From a candidate division WOR-3 bacterium (GTDB lineage Bacteria > Hydrothermota > Tepidihabitantia > Tepidihabitantales > Tepidihabitantaceae), in NCBI GenBank assembly GCA_965649165.1, contig CBFGJT010000005.1, positions 17,358-81,357 of the forward strand: a stretch of DNA of 64,000 nucleotides, given 5' to 3'. Below the pieces are notes generated by a model. That model searched no databases. It saw nothing but the letters and a program-made list of their open reading frames with translations, and had not been told where the DNA came from. Positions 38,678 to 47,438 of this stretch are shown piece by piece (position 1 is the stretch's first letter; the number at the start of each line of letters is the position of its first letter). The translations under genes were made by a program, and so were the position numbers.

Positions 38678-39490
38678 TCAGTGTTGAATCAGCCGCAGTC
38701 CCTTGATAAGCTGGAACCAACCGGAGACCTGATAGGTTTTGTCTCCGGCGTTGAAACCGTCGAGTTTGGCAAGTGCATAGTAGCCATCCTGCGTGTAGAT
38801 ACCGGCAAGGAACGGTGTCTGAGTGATATCCTGATAGTTGAAATATATAGTGCTGGAATGAGCAGGCAACGGTGCATTTTCAGATGTCAGCGGTCCCGCA
38901 ATGGCATTTACCCGCCACGAGCCTGCCGGTACAACATTACCCGGGTCGGTCGGACCCTGGTCCGGGCTGGCGATCGAATAGGTGGTTGTCTGGAAGTCGG
39001 TTATGTAGAAATCGACATTGGCGGCATTCGCTGCCTGAGTCATCGAGTAGGTGGCACCACTACCACTGGTCCGGTTCCAGCCGTAGCCGGAATTACCCGC
39101 TGCATTGAGTTCCGCAACCGTCAGTGCTGATGTAGCGACCGGAACAGTAGAGACAGTGGTCAAGCTTTGATACTCCTGTGAACCGAACATTGCTGCGACC
39201 TTGTAGGTGCCGGTCTTGCCGTTGGGATTATGGACGAACTGGGTAGTGGTGATGTTATTGGCAATCGTGGTATAGCCTGAAGTGCCTGTTTCCTGAAAGT
39301 AGACGATGTATTTATCCGGAGTTCCTTCAGCCGGTGCATTCCAGGTGATTTTGACCGTGGAATCAGTGTCTGCAGTTGCCTGTAGTCCGGAGGGTGCGCC
39401 CCCAACAATCGAACTGCAATCCGATCCAATGGAGACAACTCCCAGCACTATCCAAGCAAGAATAGTTAGTATCGGGAGCAGCCTTTTCAT
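38678..39490 (-). CDS. FN3-like domain lipoprotein, paralog 1
   Basis: Has a signal peptide and the FN3-like segment TVKITWNAPAEGTPDKYIVYF. The shared C-terminal domain contains GNSGYGWNRTSGSGATYSMTQA. Confidence 0.65.
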   Translation of the reverse strand: MKRLLPILTILAWIVLGVVSIGSDCSSIVGGAPSGLQATADTDSTVKITWNAPAEGTPDKYIVYFQETGTSGYTTIANNITTTQFVHNPNGKTGTYKVAAMFGSQEYQSLTTVSTVPVATSALTVAELNAAGNSGYGWNRTSGSGATYSMTQAANAANVDFYITDFQTTTYSIASPDQGPTDPGNVVPAGSWRVNAIAGPLTSENAPLPAHSSTIYFNYQDITQTPFLAGIYTQDGYYALAKLDGFNAGDKTYQVSGWFQLIKGLRLIQH

Positions 39491-39510
39491 TATGCCTCCT
39501 TTTTTATTTT

Positions 39511-39777
39511 TTAACGTCCAACCTTTGGCGGTTTGCCAGAAGACTGCGGAGCCGATTTCGGCTGTTCTGCCGGCTTCGGCTGAGAGGTTGGTGCCGGAGT
39601 CGGTGCCGGCTGGGACAGTGACTCAGTTGGAGCCGGTACCGGTGCCACCGACTCAGGAACTGGGGCGGTTAAAGTGCTTTCAGCTGCTGCCGGTTTTGGT
39701 TCCTCACTCTTTTTGCTCGGACAACCGAGCACAAAAACCAGTGCGATGATTGCACAAGCGGCGATTAGTTTTTTCAC
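39511..39777 (-). CDS. small Pro/Ala-rich lipoprotein
   Basis: 88 aa with lipobox VLGC, low-complexity PAPTP repeats, and AGGAGG upstream. Confidence 0.6.
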   Translation of the reverse strand: MKKLIAACAIIALVFVLGCPSKKSEEPKPAAAESTLTAPVPESVAPVPAPTESLSQPAPTPAPTSQPKPAEQPKSAPQSSGKPPKVGR

Positions 39778-39970
39778 GGAAGTCCTCCTTTTTATTTTAT
39801 TTTTTTAATTCGCGGTTGAGAACGCACGCCGCATTCTCATTCGCGCCTCAACCTTAACCTAAGGCTTGTTTCAGTCTTAGTGGCAATAATTTTAATCTCC
39901 GGCGGTTTTTTGTCAAGCAGTTCATTTGCAGAATTAGAAAAAGTTGGGCAGGGCAAAGTTAAGAAACTTG

Positions 39971-39998
39971 TTGACAAAAGGCAGTTAAGATTTACTAT
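39971..39998 (+). promoter_or_regulatory. sigma70-like promoter (TTGACA-16-TACTAT) for the tail-fibre-like cassette
   Basis: The hexamers were read directly. AGGAGG and ATG 40058 follow. Confidence 0.6.
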
Positions 39999-40057
39999 TT
40001 TAAGGTAGGAAGGGGGTGGGGTATAAATAAGATTTTACATAAGCAAAGGAGGTATAG

Positions 40058-41440
40058 ATGCTGAGGGTATCGTTGATGTGCAACCTGGTGTTAGTCGGTC
40101 TGGTGTTTTCTAATCTACCGACGAGCCAGAACAGTGCACTCTTGGGCACCAAGGATGGTGTGCCACTATATATCAATTATCAGGGCTATCTTACTGATGC
40201 CAGTGGTAATCCAGTTTCTGCCACACTGTCAATGCTGTTTGAAATTTACGATGCTGAAACCGACGGAAATCGGCTATGGTGGCAGACGCATTCTTCGGTT
40301 CTGGTGCAGCAGGGGGTTTTTAATGTAAAGCTTCAGCTCCAGGAGAGTGATACCACCATCTTCCGGCTGGGGGAGCGACGGTGGCTCCAATTGACCGTAA
40401 GCGGGACGCGGCTTTCTCCCAGGACTGAGATTACGAGTATGGCTTACGGTATCCATTCGGCAAAGGCAGATAATGCAGATAAACTTGATGGCAGACATGC
40501 AAATGAATTCATTTACAACAGCACAACCCTTCAGCCTGATGCCAATTTCTGGATTTCGGGTAGCGGGATCGCTGGCGGGCAGCTGCGGGCATCAGCGATT
40601 GGGATCGCCAACGGTCCGGCAATTTACGGCACAAATTCCAATGGCACCAACTTCGGGGTCTGGGGGCATAACTTCAATTCTTCAGGTACCGGGGTCGCAG
40701 GCAGCGGCAATAACGACACCCTCTTTTATCTTATCAACGGTTCCGGGGGTGCATTTTCCGCCCGGCGCTTCGGGCTCTTTGCTTATGCCCATGATACGAA
40801 TGGAACCGGAATAGCCACGATGGGAAACCGGATCAGCGATACGGTCTGGACGCTGGCGGGGGGATGCGGTGGTGCGTTTAACGGGACGACTTTCGGGGTA
40901 TACGGGTTGGCGCGGAATTTGAGCGGTGAGCGATGTGGCGGTTTTTTCCGCACCTACGGCGCGGATTCGATTAAGACCTATATTGCCTATAATTACGCTG
41001 GGACACGCTACGGTATACTGAGTGACGGAACGAAATCAACGATTATGACCACCAACTCCGGACCACGGGTGCTTTTCTGTCCGGAGGCGCCCCAGCCTTT
41101 CTTTGAGGATTTTGGCGAGGCACAACTCGTTAACGGTCATTGTCGAGTGAACCTGGATCCGGTATTTCTGGATTGTATAGCAGTTGATAAAGATCATCCG
41201 CTCCGGGTTTTTGTTACGTTAACCGATGACTGTAATGGTGTATATGTTAAAGCGGATGAGACTGGTTTTGATGTGTATGAGTTGAATAACGGCCGGTCGA
41301 GCGCCGGGTTTTATTATCGGGTGATCGGATTAAGGCGAGGGAGCGAAAGTCTGCGATTTCCAGCAGCGCCAGCAGCGCCACCAGCGCAGGCAGTGCCACT
41401 CAAGGTTGAGATGAGCAACGAAACCGCACCGGAACGGTAA
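40058..41440 (+). CDS. tail-fibre-like secreted protein (intact paralog of the 29915-31352 pseudogene N-region)
   Basis: The segment INYQGYLTDASGNPVSATLSMLFEIYDAETDGNRLWWQTH.SVLVQQGVFNVKL....RWLQLTV.GT.LSPRTEITSMAYG matches the pseudogene segments. The middle is Gly/Asn-rich. No S74-like C-terminus. Confidence 0.7.
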   Translation: MLRVSLMCNLVLVGLVFSNLPTSQNSALLGTKDGVPLYINYQGYLTDASGNPVSATLSMLFEIYDAETDGNRLWWQTHSSVLVQQGVFNVKLQLQESDTTIFRLGERRWLQLTVSGTRLSPRTEITSMAYGIHSAKADNADKLDGRHANEFIYNSTTLQPDANFWISGSGIAGGQLRASAIGIANGPAIYGTNSNGTNFGVWGHNFNSSGTGVAGSGNNDTLFYLINGSGGAFSARRFGLFAYAHDTNGTGIATMGNRISDTVWTLAGGCGGAFNGTTFGVYGLARNLSGERCGGFFRTYGADSIKTYIAYNYAGTRYGILSDGTKSTIMTTNSGPRVLFCPEAPQPFFEDFGEAQLVNGHCRVNLDPVFLDCIAVDKDHPLRVFVTLTDDCNGVYVKADETGFDVYELNNGRSSAGFYYRVIGLRRGSESLRFPAAPAAPPAQAVPLKVEMSNETAPER

Positions 41441-41467
41441 TCTGACGATCCGGTGATGGAGGTGGGT

Positions 41468-43279
41468 ATGAGGAGAAGATTGTGCGTGGGTTTACCGGCA
41501 CTGACGCTGCTGATGATTTCCATCGTTTTAGGACAAAATTATCGTCTGCCGGAGTGGGTTATTGACGAAGGCGGGGTGTCGGCAAGCGGAGGAAATTACA
41601 TCGGCTATGGCAGTTTTCACCAGACAACCATCGGATATGCGATCGGTGGAAATTTCATTGCTTGGATTGGCTACTGGCATCCCCGACCGAGACTGGTCCG
41701 TTATGATGTGGCTGCTGTTGAAATCATCGATCCCACTGGAGCAGTTGATACGATTAATCAGATAACACCCCGGGCCCGGGTGGCAAATCTTGGGAGCAGT
41801 GAAGTGAATTTCATGGCGGTTTTTTCGATCAGGATCGCGGGCGGTGTAATTCCGATTTATCAGAATGTCAGACCGCTGCACTTGGGACCGGGCAGAGATA
41901 CAGTTGTTGATTTTGTCCCGGTGCGTCTGCCTTATCTCGGTCCGCATATTGCACGCTGTTCGGTAGCTCTTGCTGGGGATGAAAATCCGGGTAATGACAC
42001 GGTATCACTTTTATTCAAGGTGTTAGCACGTCCTTCCTGGCCTGTGGGCTGGCATGAGGTGGAGATGATGCCTACCATTCCGAGTGGACGAGGTGTCGGT
42101 TCAGGCGGTTTTCTGGTTGTGGATCAGAGTTCCGGGCTGATTTACGCAGCAAAAGGGAACAAGTGCCGCGATTTTTACCGGTATGACCCGATTAATAACA
42201 ACTGGGATACACTCGCATCCTGGCCTGACGGCCGCGAGGGGAAAAAGCCGTATAAGGGGGCGAGCGGGTGTTCAGACAACGCAGGATTTGTCTATGCGGT
42301 CAAGGGGAATAATACACTTGGATTCTGGCGGTATAACAGTTTCTATAACGAGTGGGAACAGCTGCCTGATGTACCTTACGAACCGAGCAACCGGAAGATA
42401 AAGGGTGGGTCAGACCTGGTGTTTGTGATTGATGGCGGTATTCCCTATGTGTATCTGCTAAAGGGGCAGCGGAACGATTTTTACCGTTATAATACACTTG
42501 TACATCAGTGGGAGGTGTTAAATTCGGCGCCTGGAATTACTAAATGGGATCGGGGTTCATGGTTGGTTTACGATGGCGATACACGGATTTATGCTCACAA
42601 GGCAAAATATCACGAATTTTATTGCTATGATCTTACAGTTCACGACTGGTTGCCAACATCACTCGCCGGGATGCCTTATACCAGTCTCAGATTACAGACG
42701 AGGAAGCGTTCCAAAGAGGGTGGATGCGCAATTTGGGCTTATAATTCAATATTTGCGCTAAAAGGCGGTAATACCTGCGAACTGTGGCGCTATCTGCCTG
42801 ACGGCGATTCTTGGACAGAAGCAGATACAATGCCCAGTTTCGGTTCGACTGGTAGAAAGAAGCGGGTGAAGGATGGTGGCGATATTGCTAGTTATCGCGA
42901 TGCAGCGCTGTTTGCCTTGAAAGGTAATAAAACCTGTGAAGCGTGGCGTTATGTACCCGGGCCTGAAATCGTCCAGCCCCAGGTACCAACCCGCACGGCA
43001 GCGATGGGGGATAGGCTCGGTGCCAACCATCCCCTAATGGTTGTGACCAGGCCGGTAAGTAACGGTAGATTATATATTGCTTATAATCTGGGAGAGAGGC
43101 GGATTGCCAGAATTGAAGTGATTGATGTGTCCGGGAGAACCTTAATGCAGCAGACGATATGCGGCAGAACCGGAACCTTGTCCATTCAACTGAACAGGTT
43201 TGGAAACGGTATCTGCTTTATCCGGTTATACGATAAGCATTCTGTTCTGCTGTCAACTAAGCTGATTGTTGCACATTAA
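41468..43279 (+). CDS. T9SS cargo: shared N-terminal module, CARDB-like domain, six Kelch-like repeats, T9SS-type CTD
   Basis: The start is set at ATG 41468, which has GGAGG 5 nt upstream (the track starts at GTG 41453). Shared module: QNYRLPEWVIDEGGVSASGGNYIGYGSFHQT...WIGYWHPRP. CARDB-like segment: DVAAVEIIDP...GDENPGNDT. Repeats: (Y/F)A.KG......(F/W)(Y/W)RY......W. CTD ends ..GICFIRLYDKHSVLLSTKLIVAH. Confidence 0.75.
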   Translation: MRRRLCVGLPALTLLMISIVLGQNYRLPEWVIDEGGVSASGGNYIGYGSFHQTTIGYAIGGNFIAWIGYWHPRPRLVRYDVAAVEIIDPTGAVDTINQITPRARVANLGSSEVNFMAVFSIRIAGGVIPIYQNVRPLHLGPGRDTVVDFVPVRLPYLGPHIARCSVALAGDENPGNDTVSLLFKVLARPSWPVGWHEVEMMPTIPSGRGVGSGGFLVVDQSSGLIYAAKGNKCRDFYRYDPINNNWDTLASWPDGREGKKPYKGASGCSDNAGFVYAVKGNNTLGFWRYNSFYNEWEQLPDVPYEPSNRKIKGGSDLVFVIDGGIPYVYLLKGQRNDFYRYNTLVHQWEVLNSAPGITKWDRGSWLVYDGDTRIYAHKAKYHEFYCYDLTVHDWLPTSLAGMPYTSLRLQTRKRSKEGGCAIWAYNSIFALKGGNTCELWRYLPDGDSWTEADTMPSFGSTGRKKRVKDGGDIASYRDAALFALKGNKTCEAWRYVPGPEIVQPQVPTRTAAMGDRLGANHPLMVVTRPVSNGRLYIAYNLGERRIARIEVIDVSGRTLMQQTICGRTGTLSIQLNRFGNGICFIRLYDKHSVLLSTKLIVAH

Positions 43280-43285
43280 GAGCGG

Positions 43286-44935
43286 TTAATCCAGAATCGC
43301 CTTCATATCCTCAGCCGGCTTGGTTATGGTCATAAGGTTAAAATTAGACCGAAGAATCTCTACGAGCCCAGGTGTAAGGAATGCCGGGAGGGAAGGTCCA
43401 AGTCGGATATTTTTTATTCCCCAATACAACAGAGTCAATAGAACCGCAACCGCCTTCTGTTCATACCAAGAAAGGACAAAAGACAGTGGAATTTCGTTCG
43501 GGCTGGTATTGAGTTTCTCACTGAGCGCGATTACGAACCGGATCGCACTGTAGGAGTCGTTACACTGGCCTGCATCCATTAAACGGGGTAGGTTTTCAAC
43601 CGTGCCGAATTCCAGTTTGTTGAAGCGGTATTTGCCGCAAGCGAGTGTGATGATCAAACAGTCCTGAGGAACCAATTGGGCGAATTCAGTGTAATAGTTC
43701 CTCCCCGGCTTGGCACCATCACAGCCACCGATAAGAAATAAGTGCCGTAGACGCTGGGATTGAATTAACTCGGCTATTTCATCAACTTTGCTCAATAGAG
43801 TGTGCCGGCCAAAACCAACATTAATGAAATGTTCGGGTCCTTCACTTGTAAACCCGGGCTGTTCCAGTGCTACTTTGATCAACGGCGAGAAATCATCACG
43901 ATGGACATGGACCACTCCGGGCCAGGCAACCAGTCCGGAGGTAAAAATCCGGTTTTTGTAGCTGTCCATTGGCCGCTGGAGGCAGTTGGTGGTCATTAGA
44001 ATCGCGCCTGGGAAAACGGCAAATTCCTTCTGCTGATTCTGCCAGGCAGAACCGAAATTCCCAGCGAGATGTTTGTATGCTTTGAGTTTGGGATAGCCAT
44101 GAGCTGGCAGCATTTCACCGTGGGTATAGATGTTGATGTTTTTATCCTTCGTCTGCTCGAGCAGCGCTTCGAGGTCACGCAAATCGTGTCCGGATACGCA
44201 GATCGCCCTGCCCCGGACCGGTGTGACCCGGACCCGCGTAGGCACCGGGTCACCATAAGTGCCAGTATTTGCTGAATCCAGCAGTTCCATTACCTTCAGA
44301 TTGAGCTCGCCCACCGCTAGCGCCCGGTTGAGCAGTTCGTCGGTGTCAAAGCTGTCAGCGGTCAGGTAATCAAGCAGTTCATGAAACCTGGCAAAGATTC
44401 TATCATCTTTTTTGCCGAGAATTGCGGCATGATCTGCATAGGCGGCGGCACCTTTCAATCCGAAAAGAATTAAATCCATCAGATCAGCCTGCTCATCCCC
44501 GAACTGCCGGTGTCGAGCCTTAATACCGGCAGGCTCTGCCTGTGCCAACAGGCCATCCAGCGTGGGAGCTGGAGCCCATGCTGCGGGCCCTGCTGGATTT
44601 TCAGGTGTTATCCCCTTTTGCTTGGCCGTCTGTTCATAACGCAGGCGGATTTTTTCCTTGAGTTCATATGCCCGGTGCAATAGCAGTTGGAGCCTCTCAG
44701 GATCAAAATTAACATTGGTGATAGTCGAGAATAGCGCCTCCACGGTAAACAGATTTACCTCATCATCGGTTATGCCCAGTTTCCGAGCGCGATGGGCATA
44801 CCGGGCGATACCTTTGACAGCATAAATCAGCAGGTCCTGAAGCGCGGCGGTAACCGGATCCTTGCCACAGACCCCCTGGACCGTGCATCCGGTTCCTTTT
44901 GCTGTCTGTTCACACTGATAACAGAACATATCCAT
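43286..44935 (-). CDS. hcp: hybrid-cluster protein (hydroxylamine reductase)
   Basis: N-terminal segment MFCYQCEQTAKGTGCT..GVCGK. 549 aa. Confidence 0.95.
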   Translation of the reverse strand: MDMFCYQCEQTAKGTGCTVQGVCGKDPVTAALQDLLIYAVKGIARYAHRARKLGITDDEVNLFTVEALFSTITNVNFDPERLQLLLHRAYELKEKIRLRYEQTAKQKGITPENPAGPAAWAPAPTLDGLLAQAEPAGIKARHRQFGDEQADLMDLILFGLKGAAAYADHAAILGKKDDRIFARFHELLDYLTADSFDTDELLNRALAVGELNLKVMELLDSANTGTYGDPVPTRVRVTPVRGRAICVSGHDLRDLEALLEQTKDKNINIYTHGEMLPAHGYPKLKAYKHLAGNFGSAWQNQQKEFAVFPGAILMTTNCLQRPMDSYKNRIFTSGLVAWPGVVHVHRDDFSPLIKVALEQPGFTSEGPEHFINVGFGRHTLLSKVDEIAELIQSQRLRHLFLIGGCDGAKPGRNYYTEFAQLVPQDCLIITLACGKYRFNKLEFGTVENLPRLMDAGQCNDSYSAIRFVIALSEKLNTSPNEIPLSFVLSWYEQKAVAVLLTLLYWGIKNIRLGPSLPAFLTPGLVEILRSNFNLMTITKPAEDMKAILD

Positions 44936-44938
44936 TTT

Positions 44939-45760
44939 CTACTCCTTGGTTTTACCATCAATGCCAACGGTAACTTCCTGAAATTTAATATCCCTGCCGC
45001 TTGTCTCAATTGCCTGCCGCACCAGCTGCACGAGCCCGAAGCAGCAGGGTACTTCCATGTGTAATACAGTAACCGACCTGATACTATTTTCCTGAAAGAT
45101 ACGGGTCAGTTTTTCCTGATAAAAGCCGGCATCGTCCAGCTTTGGGCAGCCGATCAAAAGTATCCGATTTTTTAGAAACCGGTCATGTAAATCCGGCAGA
45201 GCGAAACCAGTGCAGTCAGCAGCAATCAGCAGGTCGCTTTGGCTCAAATAAGGTGCATTTACCGGGACAAGCATCAGCTGAATGGGCCAGTTGGTCAGCT
45301 GCGATTGCCGTGTCGGCAATTGATTGTTGTCTTGCTTAACCCTGCGTTCGATTGTCCGCATCTGCGTTCCCGGACACCCGCAGGGTAAAAGCGTTGGATT
45401 TTCTTCAGGAACCGGTAGGTTGTGCTGACGGAGATAGTTGATTGCCTGTTCATAATACAGCTGGGCTCCATGTTCCTTAAGATGACGCAAATGGGCAGCG
45501 ATCGTATTAGAACCGCACCTGACGATATTTGCCATCACCCGGCTTTCGTCGTAGGGCTCAGCCGGCCGTTCCTCAATAGTTAATGCACCTTCGGGACAGG
45601 TGCCAACACAGGCACCCAGCCCGTCGCAGAAGAGTTCAGAAACCAACCGTGCCTTGCCATCGATAATCTGCAGGGCGCCTTCGGGACAGTTGGGGATGCA
45701 TCGGCCGCAGCCGGTGCATTTTCCTTCGTCAATACGAATGATTTTACGGGTTTTGGTCAA
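44939..45760 (-). CDS. 4Fe-4S dicluster domain-containing protein (Hcp-associated)
   Basis: Contains CTGCGRCIPNCPEGA and CDGLGACVGTCPEGA, with additional C-terminal Cys motifs. Confidence 0.8.
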   Translation of the reverse strand: MTKTRKIIRIDEGKCTGCGRCIPNCPEGALQIIDGKARLVSELFCDGLGACVGTCPEGALTIEERPAEPYDESRVMANIVRCGSNTIAAHLRHLKEHGAQLYYEQAINYLRQHNLPVPEENPTLLPCGCPGTQMRTIERRVKQDNNQLPTRQSQLTNWPIQLMLVPVNAPYLSQSDLLIAADCTGFALPDLHDRFLKNRILLIGCPKLDDAGFYQEKLTRIFQENSIRSVTVLHMEVPCCFGLVQLVRQAIETSGRDIKFQEVTVGIDGKTKE

Positions 45761-46175
45761 CTATTCCTCCTGAAGTTAATCTTAATATCCTGGAGAGTTT
45801 TTTCTGCATTTCAGCCCTCACGGCCCGGTTCAGCTGCCGGAAAAAACTACCGAGAGGACAGCTATTCCCCGAGCATACGGGCACTGCCAGCGGACAGTGT
45901 TCGACCTGCAGAGGGCCAGCGACTGCTTCGTAGATTTCCAGCAGCGAAATCGTGTCCGGAGTACGGGCGAGACGATAGCCACCCTTCGGTCCCGGTTTTC
46001 CTTCAACAATTGCCGATTGCTCAAGCTTTGCCAGAACCTTGGCGAGGTGGGCGGAAGAGACCCTGAGTACGCGGGCGATAGTGTTTATGGTCAGCCGTTT
46101 TTGACTTTTGGCAAGTAAAAACGCAGCATGCAGTCCGAGCCGGGTTGCATCGGAAACATTGAGAAAATCAACCAT
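45744..46175 (-). CDS. Rrf2-family transcriptional regulator (NsrR-like, Cys-rich C-terminus)
   Basis: wHTH segment IARVLRVSSAHLAKVL..L......EGKPGPKGGYRLAR. Cys cluster CPLAVPVCSGNSCP. Confidence 0.85.
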   Translation of the reverse strand: MVDFLNVSDATRLGLHAAFLLAKSQKRLTINTIARVLRVSSAHLAKVLAKLEQSAIVEGKPGPKGGYRLARTPDTISLLEIYEAVAGPLQVEHCPLAVPVCSGNSCPLGSFFRQLNRAVRAEMQKKLSRILRLTSGGIVDQNP

Positions 46176-46176
46176 A

Positions 46177-46221
46177 ATTGTATTCTGGTATAATAATACA
46201 ATAATATGGTTGTTTTGTCAA
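46177..46221 (-). promoter_or_regulatory. promoter (TTGACA-17-TATTAT) overlapped by palindromic operator ATTGTATT-N10-AATACAAT
   Basis: The -35 is at 46216-46221 and the -10 at 46193-46198. The 8-bp inverted-repeat arms at 46177-46184 and 46195-46202 span the -10 and the likely transcription start. Confidence 0.6.
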
Positions 46222-46267
46222 TAAAAATTCGGTTTTTGGTATTAAGAGCGCAGAGGTGTGATTTCAT

Positions 46268-46295
46268 TTGCTGGATAGCATTTTCCCGGTATAAT
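46268..46295 (+). promoter_or_regulatory. sigma70-like promoter (TTGCTG-16-TATAAT), leaderless geometry
   Basis: TATAAT ends 6 nt before ATG 46302 and there is no Shine-Dalgarno sequence. Confidence 0.55.
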
Positions 46296-46301
46296 TAAAT
46301 T

Positions 46302-47411
46302 ATGAGTATGCGTTCCAAGGTAGCAGTTCTGTTTACCAGACCAGAGACGGTACTGGATGACTATCGTCGATTGCTCAAGCTGGCGGAAGCGGATAAGCAC
46401 CTTAAGCCCGGGGTTACAACAATTCTCAAGGATAACATCTCCTGGCATTTTCCGATGCCCGGCGCTAATACGACTCCCTGGCAGTTGGAGGGAACGATAC
46501 TGGGCTTGCATGATCTTGGATATCGGGACTTGGCAGTGGTCCAGAATAAGACGGTAGTGATCGACACTCACAAGGGTGAAGACCTTAATCGCTATGTGCC
46601 GATTTTTCAAAAGTGTGGACTGCCTGTTCTCTACAATTTCAAGGAATCAGATATGAAATGGATCCCCTTTCAACCTAAGGCGAAACTGCTGGCACTGAAT
46701 CATATTTACCCCGAAGGGTTGCGCATTCCGGACTACTTCATCGGCAAGAATATCGTCCATCTGCCAACCGTGAAATGCCATATCTACACTACCACGACCG
46801 GCGCAATGAAGAACGCCTTTGGCGGACTGCTTTCAACGCACCGTCATTACACACATACTTGGATTCATGAGACACTGGTGGACCTGCTGGCGATACAGCA
46901 GGAAATCCATCCGGGCATTTTTGCGGTGATGGATGGTACGACAGCAGGGGATGGACCGGGACCGAGAACAGTCCGGCCGGTGGTGAAGAATGTAATTCTG
47001 GCTTCAGCCGATCAGGTGGCAATTGATGCGATTGCAGCAAAGATGATGGGTTTTGATCCGATGACAATTAAATACATCCGGCTGGCGCATGAGCAGGGGT
47101 TGGGGGTTGGTGATCCGAAGGAGATTGAGGTGGTGGGTGATGATATTTCAAATGAAAACTGGGGATTCAGAGTAGGTCTGTCATTCCATCGGTTTTTGGG
47201 CTGGCTCTCCTGGTACGGTCCGACCCGGTTTCTCCAGAGGCTGATTTTCCGGACCTGGCTGGTGAATATTCCGATTTTCGTTTCCGAATTCAATCACGAC
47301 TTCATTCACTGGCCGTTAAAGGAACGCAAAATTTACGAGCGCTGGCGTCGTGAGACCGGCTGGGGTCGGCTCTTTCAGGAATACGAGCAGAAGGGCTGTC
47401 TGCTACTGTAA
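46302..47411 (+). CDS. DUF362 domain-containing protein
   Basis: 369 aa. The N-terminal segment VAVLFTRPETVLDDY..LL..A and the central TVKCHIYT..TGAMKN.FGGL resemble DUF362. Confidence 0.7.
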   Translation: MSMRSKVAVLFTRPETVLDDYRRLLKLAEADKHLKPGVTTILKDNISWHFPMPGANTTPWQLEGTILGLHDLGYRDLAVVQNKTVVIDTHKGEDLNRYVPIFQKCGLPVLYNFKESDMKWIPFQPKAKLLALNHIYPEGLRIPDYFIGKNIVHLPTVKCHIYTTTTGAMKNAFGGLLSTHRHYTHTWIHETLVDLLAIQQEIHPGIFAVMDGTTAGDGPGPRTVRPVVKNVILASADQVAIDAIAAKMMGFDPMTIKYIRLAHEQGLGVGDPKEIEVVGDDISNENWGFRVGLSFHRFLGWLSWYGPTRFLQRLIFRTWLVNIPIFVSEFNHDFIHWPLKERKIYERWRRETGWGRLFQEYEQKGCLLL

Positions 47412-47438
47412 AACAATACCGCAGCGGACGAGGTTCAA

